DNA from: Octopus bimaculoides
Lineage: Eukaryota
Length of the DNA: 40,094 nt
Direction of reading: 5' to 3'
Assembly: GCF_001194135.2 (NCBI RefSeq)
Contig: NC_068986.1
Coordinates: forward strand, 80,932,397-80,972,490
Both the position numbers and the translations under genes were made by a program. The notes under the pieces were generated by a model. It saw only the letters and a list, made by a program, of their open reading frames with translations, had not been told where the DNA came from and did not search any database. Positions 1-12,448 of this stretch are shown here, one piece after another. Position 1 is the first letter of the stretch. Each line of letters starts with the position of its first letter.

Positions 1-9
1 ACTCATATA

Positions 10-135
10 TGCATACATACATACATACATTCATACATACATGCATACGTACATATACATACATACATACATTCATACATACATGCATACGTACATATAC
101 ATACATACATACATACATACATACATACATACATA
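10..135. repeat. (TACA)n microsatellite with an internal 42-bp duplicated variant unit
   Basis: tcatacatacatgcatacgtacatatac... starts at 31 and again at 73 (period 42). Confidence 0.95.
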
Positions 136-379
136 AGCCTCTACCCTCCACATGCACACAGGCTTTCTCCCTCTCACATCTCTCACTGCTTCTGTCTCTC
201 ACACTTCCTCTTCCACTCTCATACACACCCTTCCCTCTCCTTCTCACTCTCCCTTTTGCAAAAACATTTTACTTCTCCTCCCATCACTCACACGTAATTA
301 CTCCTGTAGCGGTGTCATTCTATTCTAAATATTACAATTTTTTAAGCCACGTGTTAGTACAACGTCCATTGCTTGTGTG

Positions 380-445
<66 letters not shown>

Positions 446-1468
446 CTTATGTACGTTATGTGTGCGCATACATGACTGTATGCGTGTGAATGTGTATGCA
501 TGTGTGTGTGTGTGCGTAATCTATTGTAGTGGAACGACACAAACATTAGAACAGCTGTTATGAGCGTTTGCCATTAAAAAGCTTATGGTTGTTGTTATTG
601 TTCATTATTACTATATTATAAATAATATATACACCATTCTATTTAGGCAATGTGTACATAAACAAACATACATGGCTTCAAATACGGATATAGGCTAACT
701 CTTAGTGTATATATAAATAGGATACGCATTTACACACATATGTACACAAAAGTTATATATAGCGCTAAGTAGGTCCTAACAAACTGTAGTTAGCCAAAAA
801 TGGTTAATTAATTAAAATTACTCTCGTAGTTGGGGAACAATCATTATCAGCTTGATCTTATGGTTTTAGTTAGAAGGGGCAGGGGATATAACAACGGAAT
901 TTGAATTAATTAAAAATAAGTTTCGATAAACAATAGAATTGTGAGATAAACCTGGTCTTTGTGAGGGCAATTGCGGTCATATTTCAGGGTTATTAAACCT
1001 CATCAACCAAATAATTTTACCAGCCTTTGTTAGTACATAGGTAACTGAGAGATATATTGGGGAGGGGATACTCAGGCATGCCTTCTGCGTGGAAAGCTAA
1101 TTGTTAAATGGATTTATATTTGATGTTGTTTTATATATAATTTCCTTTCTGCCTTTATCTCTGTCATGTCTTCATGTCCCGCCCTTACGTCCCTTCATTT
1201 CATGTATTTTCATGTATGGTTGTATGAATGGAGGTTTGTACGTACGTATACAAGAATGTATGGATACATGTATTCATACAATCCGGAGGGAAATTTATCA
1301 GCGACTGTGACTAGTTTTGATAAGTGGCAACATACAAAACTCTTGGACCTTGAGTCACTCTGTTACTTCTGCTAAATATTAATAAAAATATACATGTAAT
1401 CATATCTTTGAGCTATTTTTCCTATTTGCATCAACACACCTGTGTGTATGTATTTATATATATGTGTA

Positions 1469-1531
<63 letters not shown>

Positions 1532-1534
1532 ATA

Positions 1535-1647
1535 TACTCTTTTACTCTTTTACTCTTTTACTTGTTTCAGTCATTTGACTGCGGCCATGCTGGAGCACCA
1601 CCTTTAGTCGAGCAAATCGACCCCAGGACTTATTCTTTTGTAAGCCT
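1535..1647 (-). mobile_element. SINE family A, 3' tail portion (runs into gap)
   Basis: tttcagtcatttgactgcggccatgctggagcaccacctttagtcgagcaaatcgaccccagg is near-identical to copies at 32960 and 35595; (tactctttt)n tail repeat. Confidence 0.9.
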
Positions 1648-2282
1648 NNNNNNNNNNNNNNNNNNNNNNNNNNNNNNNNNNNNNNNNNNNNNNNNNNNNN
1701 NNNNNNNNNNNNNNNNNNNNNNNNNNNNNNNNNNNNNNNNNNNNNNNNNNNNNNNNNNNNNNNNNNNNNNNNNNNNNNNNNNNNNNNNNNNNNNNNNNNN
1801 NNNNNNNNNNNNNNNNNNNNNNNNNNNNNNNNNNNNNNNNNNNNNNNNNNNNNNNNNNNNNNNNNNNNNNNNNNNNNNNNNNNNNNNNNNNNNNNNNNNN
1901 NNNNNNNNNNNNNNNNNNNNNNNNNNNNNNNNNNNNNNNNNNNNNNNNNNNNNNNNNNNNNNNNNNNNNNNNNNNNNNNNNNNNNNNNNNNNNNNNNNNN
2001 NNNNNNNNNNNNNNNNNNNNNNNNNNNNNNNNNNNNNNNNNNNNNNNNNNNNNNNNNNNNNNNNNNNNNNNNNNNNNNNNNNNNNNNNNNNNNNNNNNNN
2101 NNNNNNNNNNNNNNNNNNNNNNNNNNNNNNNNNNNNNNNNNNNNNNNNNNNNNNNNNNNNNNNNNNNNNNNNNNNNNNNNNNNNNNNNNNNNNNNNNNNN
2201 NNNNNNNNNNNNNNNNNNNNNNNNNNNNNNNNNNNNNNNNNNNNNNNNNNNNNNNNNNNNNNNNNNNNNNNNNNNNNNNNNN

Positions 2283-2328
<46 letters not shown>

Positions 2329-2347
2329 CACGCACGCACGCACATGA

Positions 2348-2585
2348 CGTTCGTCCTTCTTTGCAGATGATCTGAGTAGCAGATTTACTCTTTGAGTATC
2401 CTGAGGGGGCTTACTAGGCCAATATTAGCATACAAAATCCATGACTATAGTGGAGGATGTAGCAGTAAAACCTCGACATTGTAAGAGTCCTGCTTTCTGT
2501 TCAGCCCATCTCTTAGTTCCTCGAATCATTTCTGATTCTGCGTGCTGCAGGCAGCACTGCGCCACAGTGACCGATCAACATGCTA
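2348..2585 (-). mobile_element. Degenerate HERO-like RLE non-LTR retrotransposon, C-terminal fragment
   Basis: Minus-strand frames give FEELRDG and QCRGFTATSS, resembling the KYEEL...VGCRGF.A.S end of HERO-type RLE domains; frameshifted. Confidence 0.5.
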
Positions 2586-2609
2586 TGTAAACAAACAAAT
2601 ATATATGTG

Positions 2610-2654
<45 letters not shown>

Positions 2655-2696
2655 TTCCGAGCGTATGTAGATGAGTATAAATACATCATACATACA

Positions 2697-2730
<34 letters not shown>

Positions 2731-2742
2731 CATACATATATA

Positions 2743-2957
2743 CAACTGATTCGAAGCTAACAGCTTCAATATCCAGGTTAGAAATTTACATTTACACCAA
2801 TCGTAATTGGTGCACTTGATTTTGTGAGTAAATGCCCAACTATTAATCTGGATAAACTTGGATTTTCAGAAGAAGAAATCAGCCAATTAACTTGCACGTT
2901 ACAAATATAATCTGTAAGTGGAACAGTAAAAGTATGCAAGAATTTTCTCGAGTTAAA
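2743..2957 (+). mobile_element. R4/Dong-like RLE LINE, 3' end fragment
   Basis: One frame reads [66 protein letters not shown]; clear nucleotide similarity to 21790-21970. Confidence 0.85.
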
Positions 2958-3647
2958 CACTGACATCGTTTTTATTATCTACATTCCAACGATGTTTCTA
3001 TCGCTGTTAAAAACCAACACTTTCCTTAGAGGTAGACCTTAATTCAAAAAGGAAGAGAAGATATATAGATGCAGTTACAAAGTATTGAAAGTGCAGTGAA
3101 ATTTGTCTAGAAGCCATTGTGTGACGCACTACCACAAGATAAAATTACTGTACTGATATATGTAAGGTTTAAATGACTTCCTAGATTTTTCAGCTGTCAA
3201 CGATCTGACACCAACGCACTTGCGAAGAAAGTACATGTCAGATATATGTGTGAGTGTGTATTGTTCAGAATTTCACTCCCCAACTGGGTTGCTTTCGGTA
3301 CAGTCACACTGCTCTCTTGGACAAATGCTTTCAGCTATAGTTCCAGAATATGTGAATAGATTTCATTGACAGAGACAGAAACTCGTCGTGTGTGTATGTG
3401 TGTGTGTGTTCGCGCACGCGCGTCTATCAGATTACAGTTGTGCATCTCAGAAAATCGTTCATGCTGCTCTCATTTCGCATGTCAACGAGTCGCTTCCTGG
3501 CTTCGTACCATCGAAAATGTATACAATAAGATACAAGATATCCCTTACATGAAAAGTAAGGGTTAGCGACACGAAGGGGAACCGATTAAATAGCAATGCT
3601 CCAAATATATTGTGAAATACAGGTTAACGACGCACACACACACACAC

Positions 3648-3685
<38 letters not shown>

Positions 3686-3791
3686 GTACATGTGTGTCGG
3701 TATATATCTTTATATGTGTGTGTATATGTGTATGTGTATGCGCGCGCGTGTGTGTGTGTGTGTGTGTGTGTGTCTGTGTGTAATTGCAAGC

Positions 3792-3840
3792 GTGTCTGTG
3801 TGGTAAGAATTTTGCTTTCCAGCCACATGGCTCCGGGTTC
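3792..3840 (+). mobile_element. SINE family A, tRNA-like head only
   Basis: gtgtctgtgtggtaagaattttgctttccagccacatggctccgggttc matches the family A head (A-box and start of B-box). Confidence 0.75.
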
Positions 3841-4157
3841 TTGAAGGATTTAGTGCTTATTATTCTTTTTTATAACTTGGTACTTATTTTATCGATATCT
3901 TTGGTGAACCGCTAACTTACAGGAACGTAAACTTACCAACATCGGTTATCCAGTGGTAATGGGGACAAACACAGGTTCAGAGACACACACACACACGTAT
4001 GTGATGGACTTCCTTCAGTTTCTCTCTATCAAATCTACTCACAAGGCTTTGGTCAGCCCTAGGCTATAGTAGAAGACACATGGGAAAGGTGACACGCAGC
4101 GTGACTGAACACGGAACCATGTGGTTGGGAAGCATACGCTTTACAACCACGCCTGCG

Positions 4158-4158
<1 letters not shown>
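3841..4158 (-). mobile_element. SINE family A, diverged copy lacking tail end
   Basis: Aligns with family A body, internal (CA)n, core (cacaaggctttggtc...ctatagtagaagacac) and head. Confidence 0.85.
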
Positions 4159-4189
<31 letters not shown>

Positions 4190-4579
4190 NNNNNNNNNNN
4201 NNNNNNNNNNNNNNNNNNNNNNNNNNNNNNNNNNNNNNNNNNNNNNNNNNNNNNNNNNNNNNNNNNNNNNNNNNNNNNNNNNNNNNNNNNNNNNNNNNNN
4301 NNNNNNNNNNNNNNNNNNNNNNNNNNNNNNNNNNNNNNNNNNNNNNNNNNNNNNNNNNNNNNNNNNNNNNNNNNNNNNNNNNNNNNNNNNNNNNNNNNNN
4401 NNNNNNNNNNNNNNNNNNNNNNNNNNNNNNNNNNNNNNNNNNNNNNNNNNNNNNNNNNNNNNNNNNNNNNNNNNNNNNNNNNNNNNNNNNNNNNNNNNNN
4501 NNNNNNNNNNNNNNNNNNNNNNNNNNNNNNNNNNNNNNNNNNNNNNNNNNNNNNNNNNNNNNNNNNNNNNNNNNNNNNN

Positions 4580-5318
4580 TTTACAGCAGTGCCTGGAAGT
4601 AAGTTGCGAAGCGTGTGATCGTCGCATTAACCATGACAGAGAAACTTGAGCTTAGAATCTACATCAAATTTTGCCAAAAGCTTGGCGATACCTGCTCAGA
4701 GGCTTACGCAAAGTTTTCAAAAAGTTTTCACATTCTCGACACAATCAAGGAGATCTTATGCAACTGAAGCTCGCGTGTCTTTTTGGTCAGCTGAAAGCTG
4801 TTTTAGCACAAACTTGGCAGACACGCGTCTCATACCCAAATCTTCAGTGATAATGAACTGAACTGAATCGTAACTAATCTGCAAATCCTCTGATAACTTA
4901 GGGATGGTGATTCGACGATTTTCCCACACAGCTGCGATGTTTTCCGCAGTTCTGCTTGTTGAAGGTTTCCCAGAACGTTTGTCAATATCGACATTTTTCA
5001 GCCATCTTGGAAACGTCTGAACCACTCGTACACTTGTGCGCGGCTCATACTCCCTTCTCCATATAAGTTCTGCAACTTTTCGTAGGCTTCTGAGCAGGTA
5101 TCGCCATGACAACTTTCTCTGTCAGGGACAATGCAATGATCACACGCTACACACCTTCCTTCCAAGCACTGTTGTAAACAGTGGACGTGTGCTAGAGCGT
5201 TAAAACTTAGAGCACATGCACAGCAGAGTTCAAGGTTAATCTATGCTAAACGGCTTTACTCCGCGTACTTTAGATTCGTTACTATGACAACAGTTCGGAT
5301 ACTTATTGATCACACCTC

Positions 5319-5319
<1 letters not shown>
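4580..5319. mobile_element. Mariner (Tc1/mariner) remnant made of two converging 5' ends
   Basis: Plus arm: ATG at 4633 gives MTEKLELRIYIKFCQKLGDTCSEAY. Minus arm 4710-5100 gives GDTCSEAYEKLQNLYGEGSMSRAQVYEWFRRFQDG, then NVDIDKRSGKPSTSRTAENIAAV...EDLGMRRVSAKFV. Mariner-type TIR (ta)tgaggtgtgatcaataagtatccgaactg ends at 5319, followed by TA then (TA)n. Confidence 0.9.
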
Positions 5320-5351
<32 letters not shown>

Positions 5352-5664
5352 CATACACACACACGCACACACATATATGTATGGATGTGTATATATCTCT
5401 ATCTCTATCTATCTATACACACTCACACACACACACACACACGCACATATATATGTATATATACAAACATAAAATACAAAGCATAGATTAGTTTATATTT
5501 ATTGGAAAACAGTTGCGTGTGTTTTCGTGTGCGTCGTACGTGTGTGTGTGTGTGAGTGTGTGTGTGTGTGTGTGCGCGTGTGTGCGTGTGTGTGTGAGTG
5601 CGTGTATGAAACCGAATAACAATGGAAAGTGAATCATTAACTGTTTCCAATATACACTGTTTTG

Positions 5665-5719
<55 letters not shown>

Positions 5720-6115
5720 GACACACACACACACATACACACACACAGTGAAAAACATACACAAGTAATTATGCGTGCATGTGTGAATGTATAAGCATGA
5801 TTTCCTATCGTTATGAAGACCACATAAACATTGATCCTGACATAAAGACCTACACCCTTAACTTCACCGTTTCTGACCCCTACCCACCACAACCACTACT
5901 ATAATCTATAACAATACCCTTACCATATCTTCCAGCCCGTCTGCCCCTATATCTCCTCTACCAAGCTGTTTCTGTCAAATTTCATGCACCATTACCTCAC
6001 ATGCCCAATATTGTGTCTGTTGTTTTGTCACCAAGGGTAGCTTTACCACCAACTATCTGTACATCTAACTCCATATATCAACTTACCTATCTATCTACAT
6101 ATATACATACATGCG

Positions 6116-6154
<39 letters not shown>

Positions 6155-6737
6155 TGATTTGCTTGCCTGTATATCTGTTTGTTTATCATCTACCTACATG
6201 TGTCTCTCACCTCTTATCTGTATCATGTTCTACATCCTCCTCTTCTCACTCGTCCCATCCCTCTCGCTCCCTATCTCTGTGTATGCATGCATACATATAT
6301 ACACGCCATACATGCATGCATTCAATTAAAACTTGATCTCATAGATACAGCTCAGTGTACACACTCACCCAGCCTTAACACACACACACACACGCACACA
6401 CACACACTCACACACACNNNNNNNNNNNNNNNNNNNNNNNNNNNNNNNNNNNNNNNNNNNNNNNNNNNNNNNNNNNNNNNNNNNNNNNNNNNNNNNNNNN
6501 NNNNNNNNNNNNNNNNNNNNNNNNNNNNNNNNNNNNNNNNNNNNNNNNNNNNNNNNNNNNNNNNNNNNNNNNNNNNNNNNNNNNNNNNNNNNNNNNNNNN
6601 NNNNNNNNNNNNNNNNNNNNNNNNNNNNNNNNNNNNNNNNNNNNNNNNNNNNNNNNNNNNNNNNNNTATATGTATACATAGATATGCGTACACAGACGAA
6701 TAGATATATAGACAGACAGATAGGTAGGTAGGTAGGT

Positions 6738-6837
<100 letters not shown>

Positions 6838-7207
6838 ACCATCTCTGTAGGCTACATATACCACCACTGTTCATACATCAACATACAGTTGTTTATATAA
6901 TACACAACATATAAGGCCTTACATGTACACATACATGAGATGCACTTAACAGACAACATTCACACACTCTAAATACTCTCATACATCATACATATATATA
7001 TATATACACTATTTGTCAGCCTATTTACATTAAAAAAAGAACCAACATTGTCGTTGAGAGTGGCGTATAAACTTTGATTGCTGTTATTGTTTAGTTCTAA
7101 GTCTACTCTGATCCATCAGACCTGTATTAGGTGGGTAGCGATCAAAACACGAGGTGAGATCGACATAACTATTGTTCCAGTTTGACACACTCTCTTCTAG
7201 CTAAGAG

Positions 7208-7260
7208 TACCGTATTTGCTGGTGTACAAGATGCAACTTTCGCATAAGACACATTCCTAC
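7208..7260. mobile_element. Possible solitary DNA-transposon end (TACCGTATTT-type TIR)
   Basis: taccgtatttgctggtgtacaagatgca...cataagacaca resembles pogo/Tc1-mariner MITE termini; no partner end visible. Confidence 0.35.
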
Positions 7261-7314
7261 TTTTTTTGCGGAAAAAATGTACATTTTGCAATAAAAAGAA
7301 AAAAAAATTAACGT

Positions 7315-7550
7315 TTCTTATTTCTTTACTGCCCACAGGGGGCTAAACATAGAAGGGACAAACAAGGACAGACAAAGGAATTATATCGATTACATCGACC
7401 CCAGTACGTAACTGGTACTTAATTTATCGACCCCGAAAGGATGAAAGGCAAAGTCGACCTCGGCGGAATTTGAACTCAGAACGTAAAGACGGTTGAAATG
7501 CCGCTAAGCATTTTGCCCGGCGTGCTAACGATTCTGCCAGCTCGCCGCCT
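7315..7550 (-). mobile_element. SINE family B (tRNA-derived; central domain resembling Meta-SINE), tail variant 1
   Basis: Reverse complement has head ggcggcgagctggcagaatcgttagc, B-box gagttcaaattcc, and gcctttcatcctttcggggtcgataaattaagtaccag. The superfamily name is from recall. Confidence 0.9.
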
Positions 7551-8145
7551 TCAGNNNNNNNNNNNNNNNNNNNNNNNNNNNNNNNNNNNNNNNNNNNNNN
7601 NNNNNNNNNNNNNNNNNNNNNNNNNNNNNNNNNNNNNNNNNNNNNNNNNNNNNNNNNNNNNNNNNNNNNNNNNNNNNNNNNNNNNNNNNNNNNNNNNNNN
7701 NNNNNNNNNNNNNNNNNNNNNNNNNNNNNNNNNNNNNNNNNNNNNNNNNNNNNNNNNNNNNNNNNNNNNNNNNNNNNNNNNNNNNNNNNNNNNNNNNNNN
7801 NNNNNNNNNNNNNNNNNNNNNNNNNNNNNNNNNNNNNNNNNNNNNNNNNNNNNNNNNNNNNNNNNNNNNNNNNNNNNNNNNNNNNNNNNNNNNNNNNNNN
7901 NNNNNNNNNNNNNNNNNNNNNNNNNNNNNNNNNNNNNNNNNNNNNNNNNNNNNNNNNNNNNNNNNNNNNNNNNNNNNNNNNNNNNNNNNNNNNNNNNNNN
8001 NNNNNNNNNNNNNNNNNNNNNNNNNNNNNNNNNNNNNNNNNNNNNNNNNNNNNNNNNNNNNNNNNNNNNNNNNNNNNNNNNNNNNNNNNNNNNNNNNNNN
8101 NNNNNNNNNNNNNNNNNNNNNNNNNNNNNNNNNNNNNNNNNNNNN

Positions 8146-8282
8146 GCTACTTATTTTATTGATCCCGAAACGATGAAAGGCAAAGTCGACCTCGGCGGAA
8201 TTTGAACTCAGAACGTAAAGACGGTTGAAATGCCGCTAAGCATTTTGCCCGGCGTGCTAACGATTCTGCCAGCTCGCCGCCT
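8146..8282 (-). mobile_element. SINE family B 5' half, near-duplicate of 7410-7554 across the gap
   Basis: About 115 bp identical to the copy before the gap, including the private variant gacggttgaaatg and flank ttcag. Confidence 0.85.
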
Positions 8283-8704
8283 TCAGGCTAGGCATATATA
8301 ATGCAACTTGACCATTTCTAAGACTCTACAGAGAGGTTTCGGAAAGGATTTACCTGCTATTTCTAGCATGTCTATTGAATGCAGTGGAACTCATCTTTGA
8401 CTCGATGGAATTAGCAGTGCGGTGGTATATTGGTGGTGATATTGAGTGTTAGTTGTGGCTTGTAGTGTTGGCGGTGGTGGTGGTGGTGAGGACATCATTA
8501 TTGGTAAACGTGGTGTTTGTAGTGCATTGCTAGTGGTATTATTGGTGGTAATGTTAATGCTGGTGGTGAACGTAGTGGTGTAAGTTGTCGTGGTTGTTGT
8601 TCTTATATTTTAAACTTGTGAACAATATCGTCCATTCTCTTCATATTTTGCGACTGCATAGGGAAATTTGGCTGCTATTTCTAACAGGTCGAAGTAGTAA
8701 GTTG

Positions 8705-8925
8705 ATCTTTTATATTTTACTTATTTCTGTTATTAGACTGCAGCCATACTGAGGCACCGCATTGAAGAAATTTTTGTCGAAGTCGACCCCATCACTTTAT
8801 TTTTTATTTTAAAGCTTGGTACTTATTCTATTGGTCTCATTTGCTGAACTACTAAGTTACGAGGACGTAAATACACCAGCACCAGTTCTCAAGTAGTAGT
8901 GGCGAGGACAAATACAGTCACACAC

Positions 8926-8935
<10 letters not shown>
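8705..8935 (-). mobile_element. SINE family A, older diverged 3' half
   Basis: gactgcagccatactgaggcaccgc...ggtacttattctattggtctc...ggacgtaaatacaccagcacc followed by (CA)n and a gap. Confidence 0.85.
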
Positions 8936-8959
<24 letters not shown>

Positions 8960-9333
8960 NNNNNNNNNNNNNNNNNNNNNNNNNNNNNNNNNNNNNNNNN
9001 NNNNNNNNNNNNNNNNNNNNNNNNNNNNNNNNNNNNNNNNNNNNNNNNNNNNNNNNNNNNNNNNNNNNNNNNNNNNNNNNNNNNNNNNNNNNNNNNNNNN
9101 NNNNNNNNNNNNNNNNNNNNNNNNNNNNNNNNNNNNNNNNNNNNNNNNNNNNNNNNNNNNNNNNNNNNNNNNNNNNNNNNNNNNNNNNNNNNNTCTTACT
9201 ACCGCTTAATGGGGCATTCTATTGCATTTCATGTTGTTGTTTAGCCCTGGTCAATTCTGATAAAGTAAATCCATGACCACAGGCAATCCAGCCTTGACCA
9301 TTCCGTCACGCTTTTTTTTTTGTGTATCTAGAG

Positions 9334-9681
9334 CAGGGTTTCTCTACCACTTTTTTTTTTATATCTATGAACCCCTTTGATTACTATTTTACTCTGGTGG
9401 ACCCCTATAACCATTCGATGTTTAAAAATTAGTTTTATAGATACTTCTTTCAAAATTTTATTTTTCCTTTTCACACATTAACTTGTGTAGGTTGAACTAT
9501 GAAAAAAATGTTTGAGAAAGAAATCTAATTCCTTGCAATTAATACAGCCAAAGTAAAAAATTTTCATGATACTTTAAAATAATACTTTGGGTTTTCAGTT
9601 TACTATTTTGCTTGCGTGGGCCCCGCAAGACCTCATGTGGGCCCTCAGGGGATCCATATGAACCCCTGTTGAGAACCACTG
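9334..9681. mobile_element. hAT (Buster/Charlie-type) MITE
   Basis: TIRs cagggtttctctac / gttgagaaccactg; 8-bp TSD atctagag (9326-9333) versus atttagag (9682-9689), with central TA as expected for Buster elements. Confidence 0.85.
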
Positions 9682-10039
9682 ATTTAGAGCCACATAGCAC
9701 AAAATTTCCATCCTAGCTAGTCAATCGAATGATGAGTTATTGATCACATGTTCACCTTCTTGGTTACATCATGAGAGCAATATTGCACACTGCTGAATGT
9801 AGTAAGGGGTCATATGGAGGAGGGGGAGGATGCAGTCTGGGATGTAGCGCGATAATCTGCACATATTGCATTCTGTCCACTGTCCAGTCTGTTTACATAT
9901 ACCGCCAAGAGAAACAACAAATTTTGCGCTCTAGATCTACCTCGTCTGCCTCTACTGCAGCGGGATATGTGGACACACTCAAGCCTAGAAGGCCTTTGAA
10001 CAGAGCTGACCGATTTGACTTGGGACTAAGCAACTACAA

Positions 10040-10086
10040 AAACAGCAATAACAGCAGCAGCAGCAAAAACAACAACAACAGCAGCA

Positions 10087-10145
<59 letters not shown>

Positions 10146-10191
10146 GTCTTATTATTTTTCTTCTACCACTCCTACTACCTCTTTTACTTTT

Positions 10192-10280
<89 letters not shown>
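10040..10280. repeat. Compound trinucleotide microsatellite (AAC/AGC) to (ACT)n to (GCT)n
   Basis: Direct reading; it produces the spurious poly-N/Y/T/A ORF 9771-10292. Confidence 0.95.
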
Positions 10281-10418
10281 AGAATATCCTAATGGTTGAG
10301 TCGGTCAGAGTAAGCATAAGAAGCATCCATGCACGCACACATATGCACATACGTATACACAGACAGACACACAAACAGGCACACAGACTGAAAGAGAGAA
10401 AAGGAGAAAGAGGGAGAA

Positions 10419-10457
<39 letters not shown>

Positions 10458-10829
10458 GAGAGAGAGACAGAGAGAGAGAAAGAGAGTAAAAATTAGCTTC
10501 AGCATGAACGGCTTCCCTAGCTCCTCCCTAAATCTCACTATGGTAAGATCACGTCGTTTTGCAAAGTGTGTCTTGGCCTATATTATCTAATGTATCCCTT
10601 TTAATCCTTTTTATATCTTTTCTTATCTTTCTTTTATCCTTATTACCTTTTTTTAAAATCTAATTTATCCTTTTTTTAAAAGCAGTAGCGGTGTAATTTC
10701 AGGGAGATATGACTACTGTTTCTAACAGGTCAAACGATTACATAGCAGCTCATGCAGTTTATATATATATAGGATAGCTGTCGAAGGTTTGAGTTTTGTC
10801 CGTGATGACAGTGTTGTACAAGGAGGGGT

Positions 10830-11160
10830 AGTGGCGGTGATTGTGTTACAAGTGGCTCTGAAAATTATTATAGTCATGGTACGAGGGAGAGTGATGGTGG
10901 CGGCGGTGCTGGTGTTTGTGCTAATCTTAGTGGTATTGTTGGTAGTAGTAGTGGTAGTGATCGTAGCAATAGTGATGGTGGTTATCGTAGTGGTGTTGGT
11001 AGTAATGGAGTTGATGATGTATTAGATATGATGGTGTTAGTGGTAAGGATGGGTGTTGTAGTTGGTGGTGGTGCTAGTAGTGGTAATGCGGATTGTGGTA
11101 GTGGTGGTGACGGTAAGAGAATAGTAGATGTTGATTTTTTAGTTGTCGTGGTAATGGCAG
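10830..11160. repeat. Degenerate (GGT/AGT)n low-complexity tract (similar tract at 8420-8620)
   Basis: Direct reading; gives the Val-rich and Thr/Pro-rich pseudo-ORFs. Confidence 0.9.
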
Positions 11161-12145
11161 CTTTGTGACGACAAGTGCGGGTGTATAATCGAACTGAGAC
11201 ATTCAATGGTATTTTTGTAATCTGTCAGAAATACCTAAGAATATCCCTAGCAGATAATAAAGAAACAGAAGGCATATAAGCCTGCTTGAAACTCTATTTA
11301 AAAGCTCTGCCGTACGCACATACATTCAAACACTCAGAACAAACACTTTAACACGTCCCTCTGCAGATATATCTGGAACTTACAGGATGTTAGCATTGAC
11401 TATTAAAAGATAGGTCCATCCGATATAAAATACACACATTACTACAGTGCCAGTACTAGAAGGTGATTTCTATCACTCAGAGGAAACAGCATTTTATTAC
11501 AGCTGTTTTCAATTTTGGACTTAGACTAAGTTCTTCTCGCGATTTAAGACATAAGTTTTGGACAAAAGACAATTGGATACTTCCATTGCTAACTGTTTTG
11601 GAATTTCCAATCAATAACTGTCCAAATTCGTTTATTTCCCGCCAAAATGGATTTGCTCCTTACTATGACATTTACTCATCAAAACTTAAACAACTTGATC
11701 AAAAATTGCCGCTTACTTGCGTTTTATGCACATGATATTCAAGAAATGAATATGTTCCGCGCTCGTGTATGAGAATGAACGAAAGTATCACATTTTCAAG
11801 ATTAATAGACAGTATATTTTCTACATTTGTTTTCCAGCAAACAATTAACATTCGGTGTACTGCTGACTCCGTATTTCTCAATGTTTTGGAAATATATTTT
11901 TTACTTATATAGTGCCATGCTGCTTCTTTAGTTCAATTGTTCGAACTATTAGTAATATGAAGTCCTACATATTATTCAAGAAGCTGTAGTGTCCAATAAA
12001 ATGCACACTTTTTACTCTGTTGAGTACATTTTATCCGTTTGTAAACACAAACGTTCACTAATATATACACATTTGCACATACATATATACTTTCATCCTT
12101 ACAAGCATACAGATCCATAAATATTCATATATACATTCATCTGTA

Positions 12146-12192
<47 letters not shown>

Positions 12193-12369
12193 AGAACATT
12201 CATGATGTCTAGTCCCTCGTTAAGCAAACATGATCATTACCAAAGATTCATCGTTACTTATTGTTCAAGTTTAAGCCGAAAACAGTTTGCATAATACTGT
12301 AATGACTCTTATCAGAACCAAAGTCCCGTCAAATATACATGAAAATATTCATATATATATATATATTAT

Positions 12370-12370
12370 G

Positions 12371-12448
<78 letters not shown>
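12370..12448. repeat. (ATT)n microsatellite running into a gap
   Basis: Direct reading. Confidence 0.95.

Noticed and set aside
9771-10030. Possible exon (acceptor-like ttctgtccactgtccag at about 9886, open frame SVYIYRQEKQQ...)
   Set aside because: No convincing donor, no recognisable protein, and the frame runs into a relic repeat and a trinucleotide tract.
11463-11735. 90-aa plus-strand ORF and weak Tx1/L1-like words on the minus strand (PFWREI)
   Set aside because: No recognisable domain; the similarity is too short to call.
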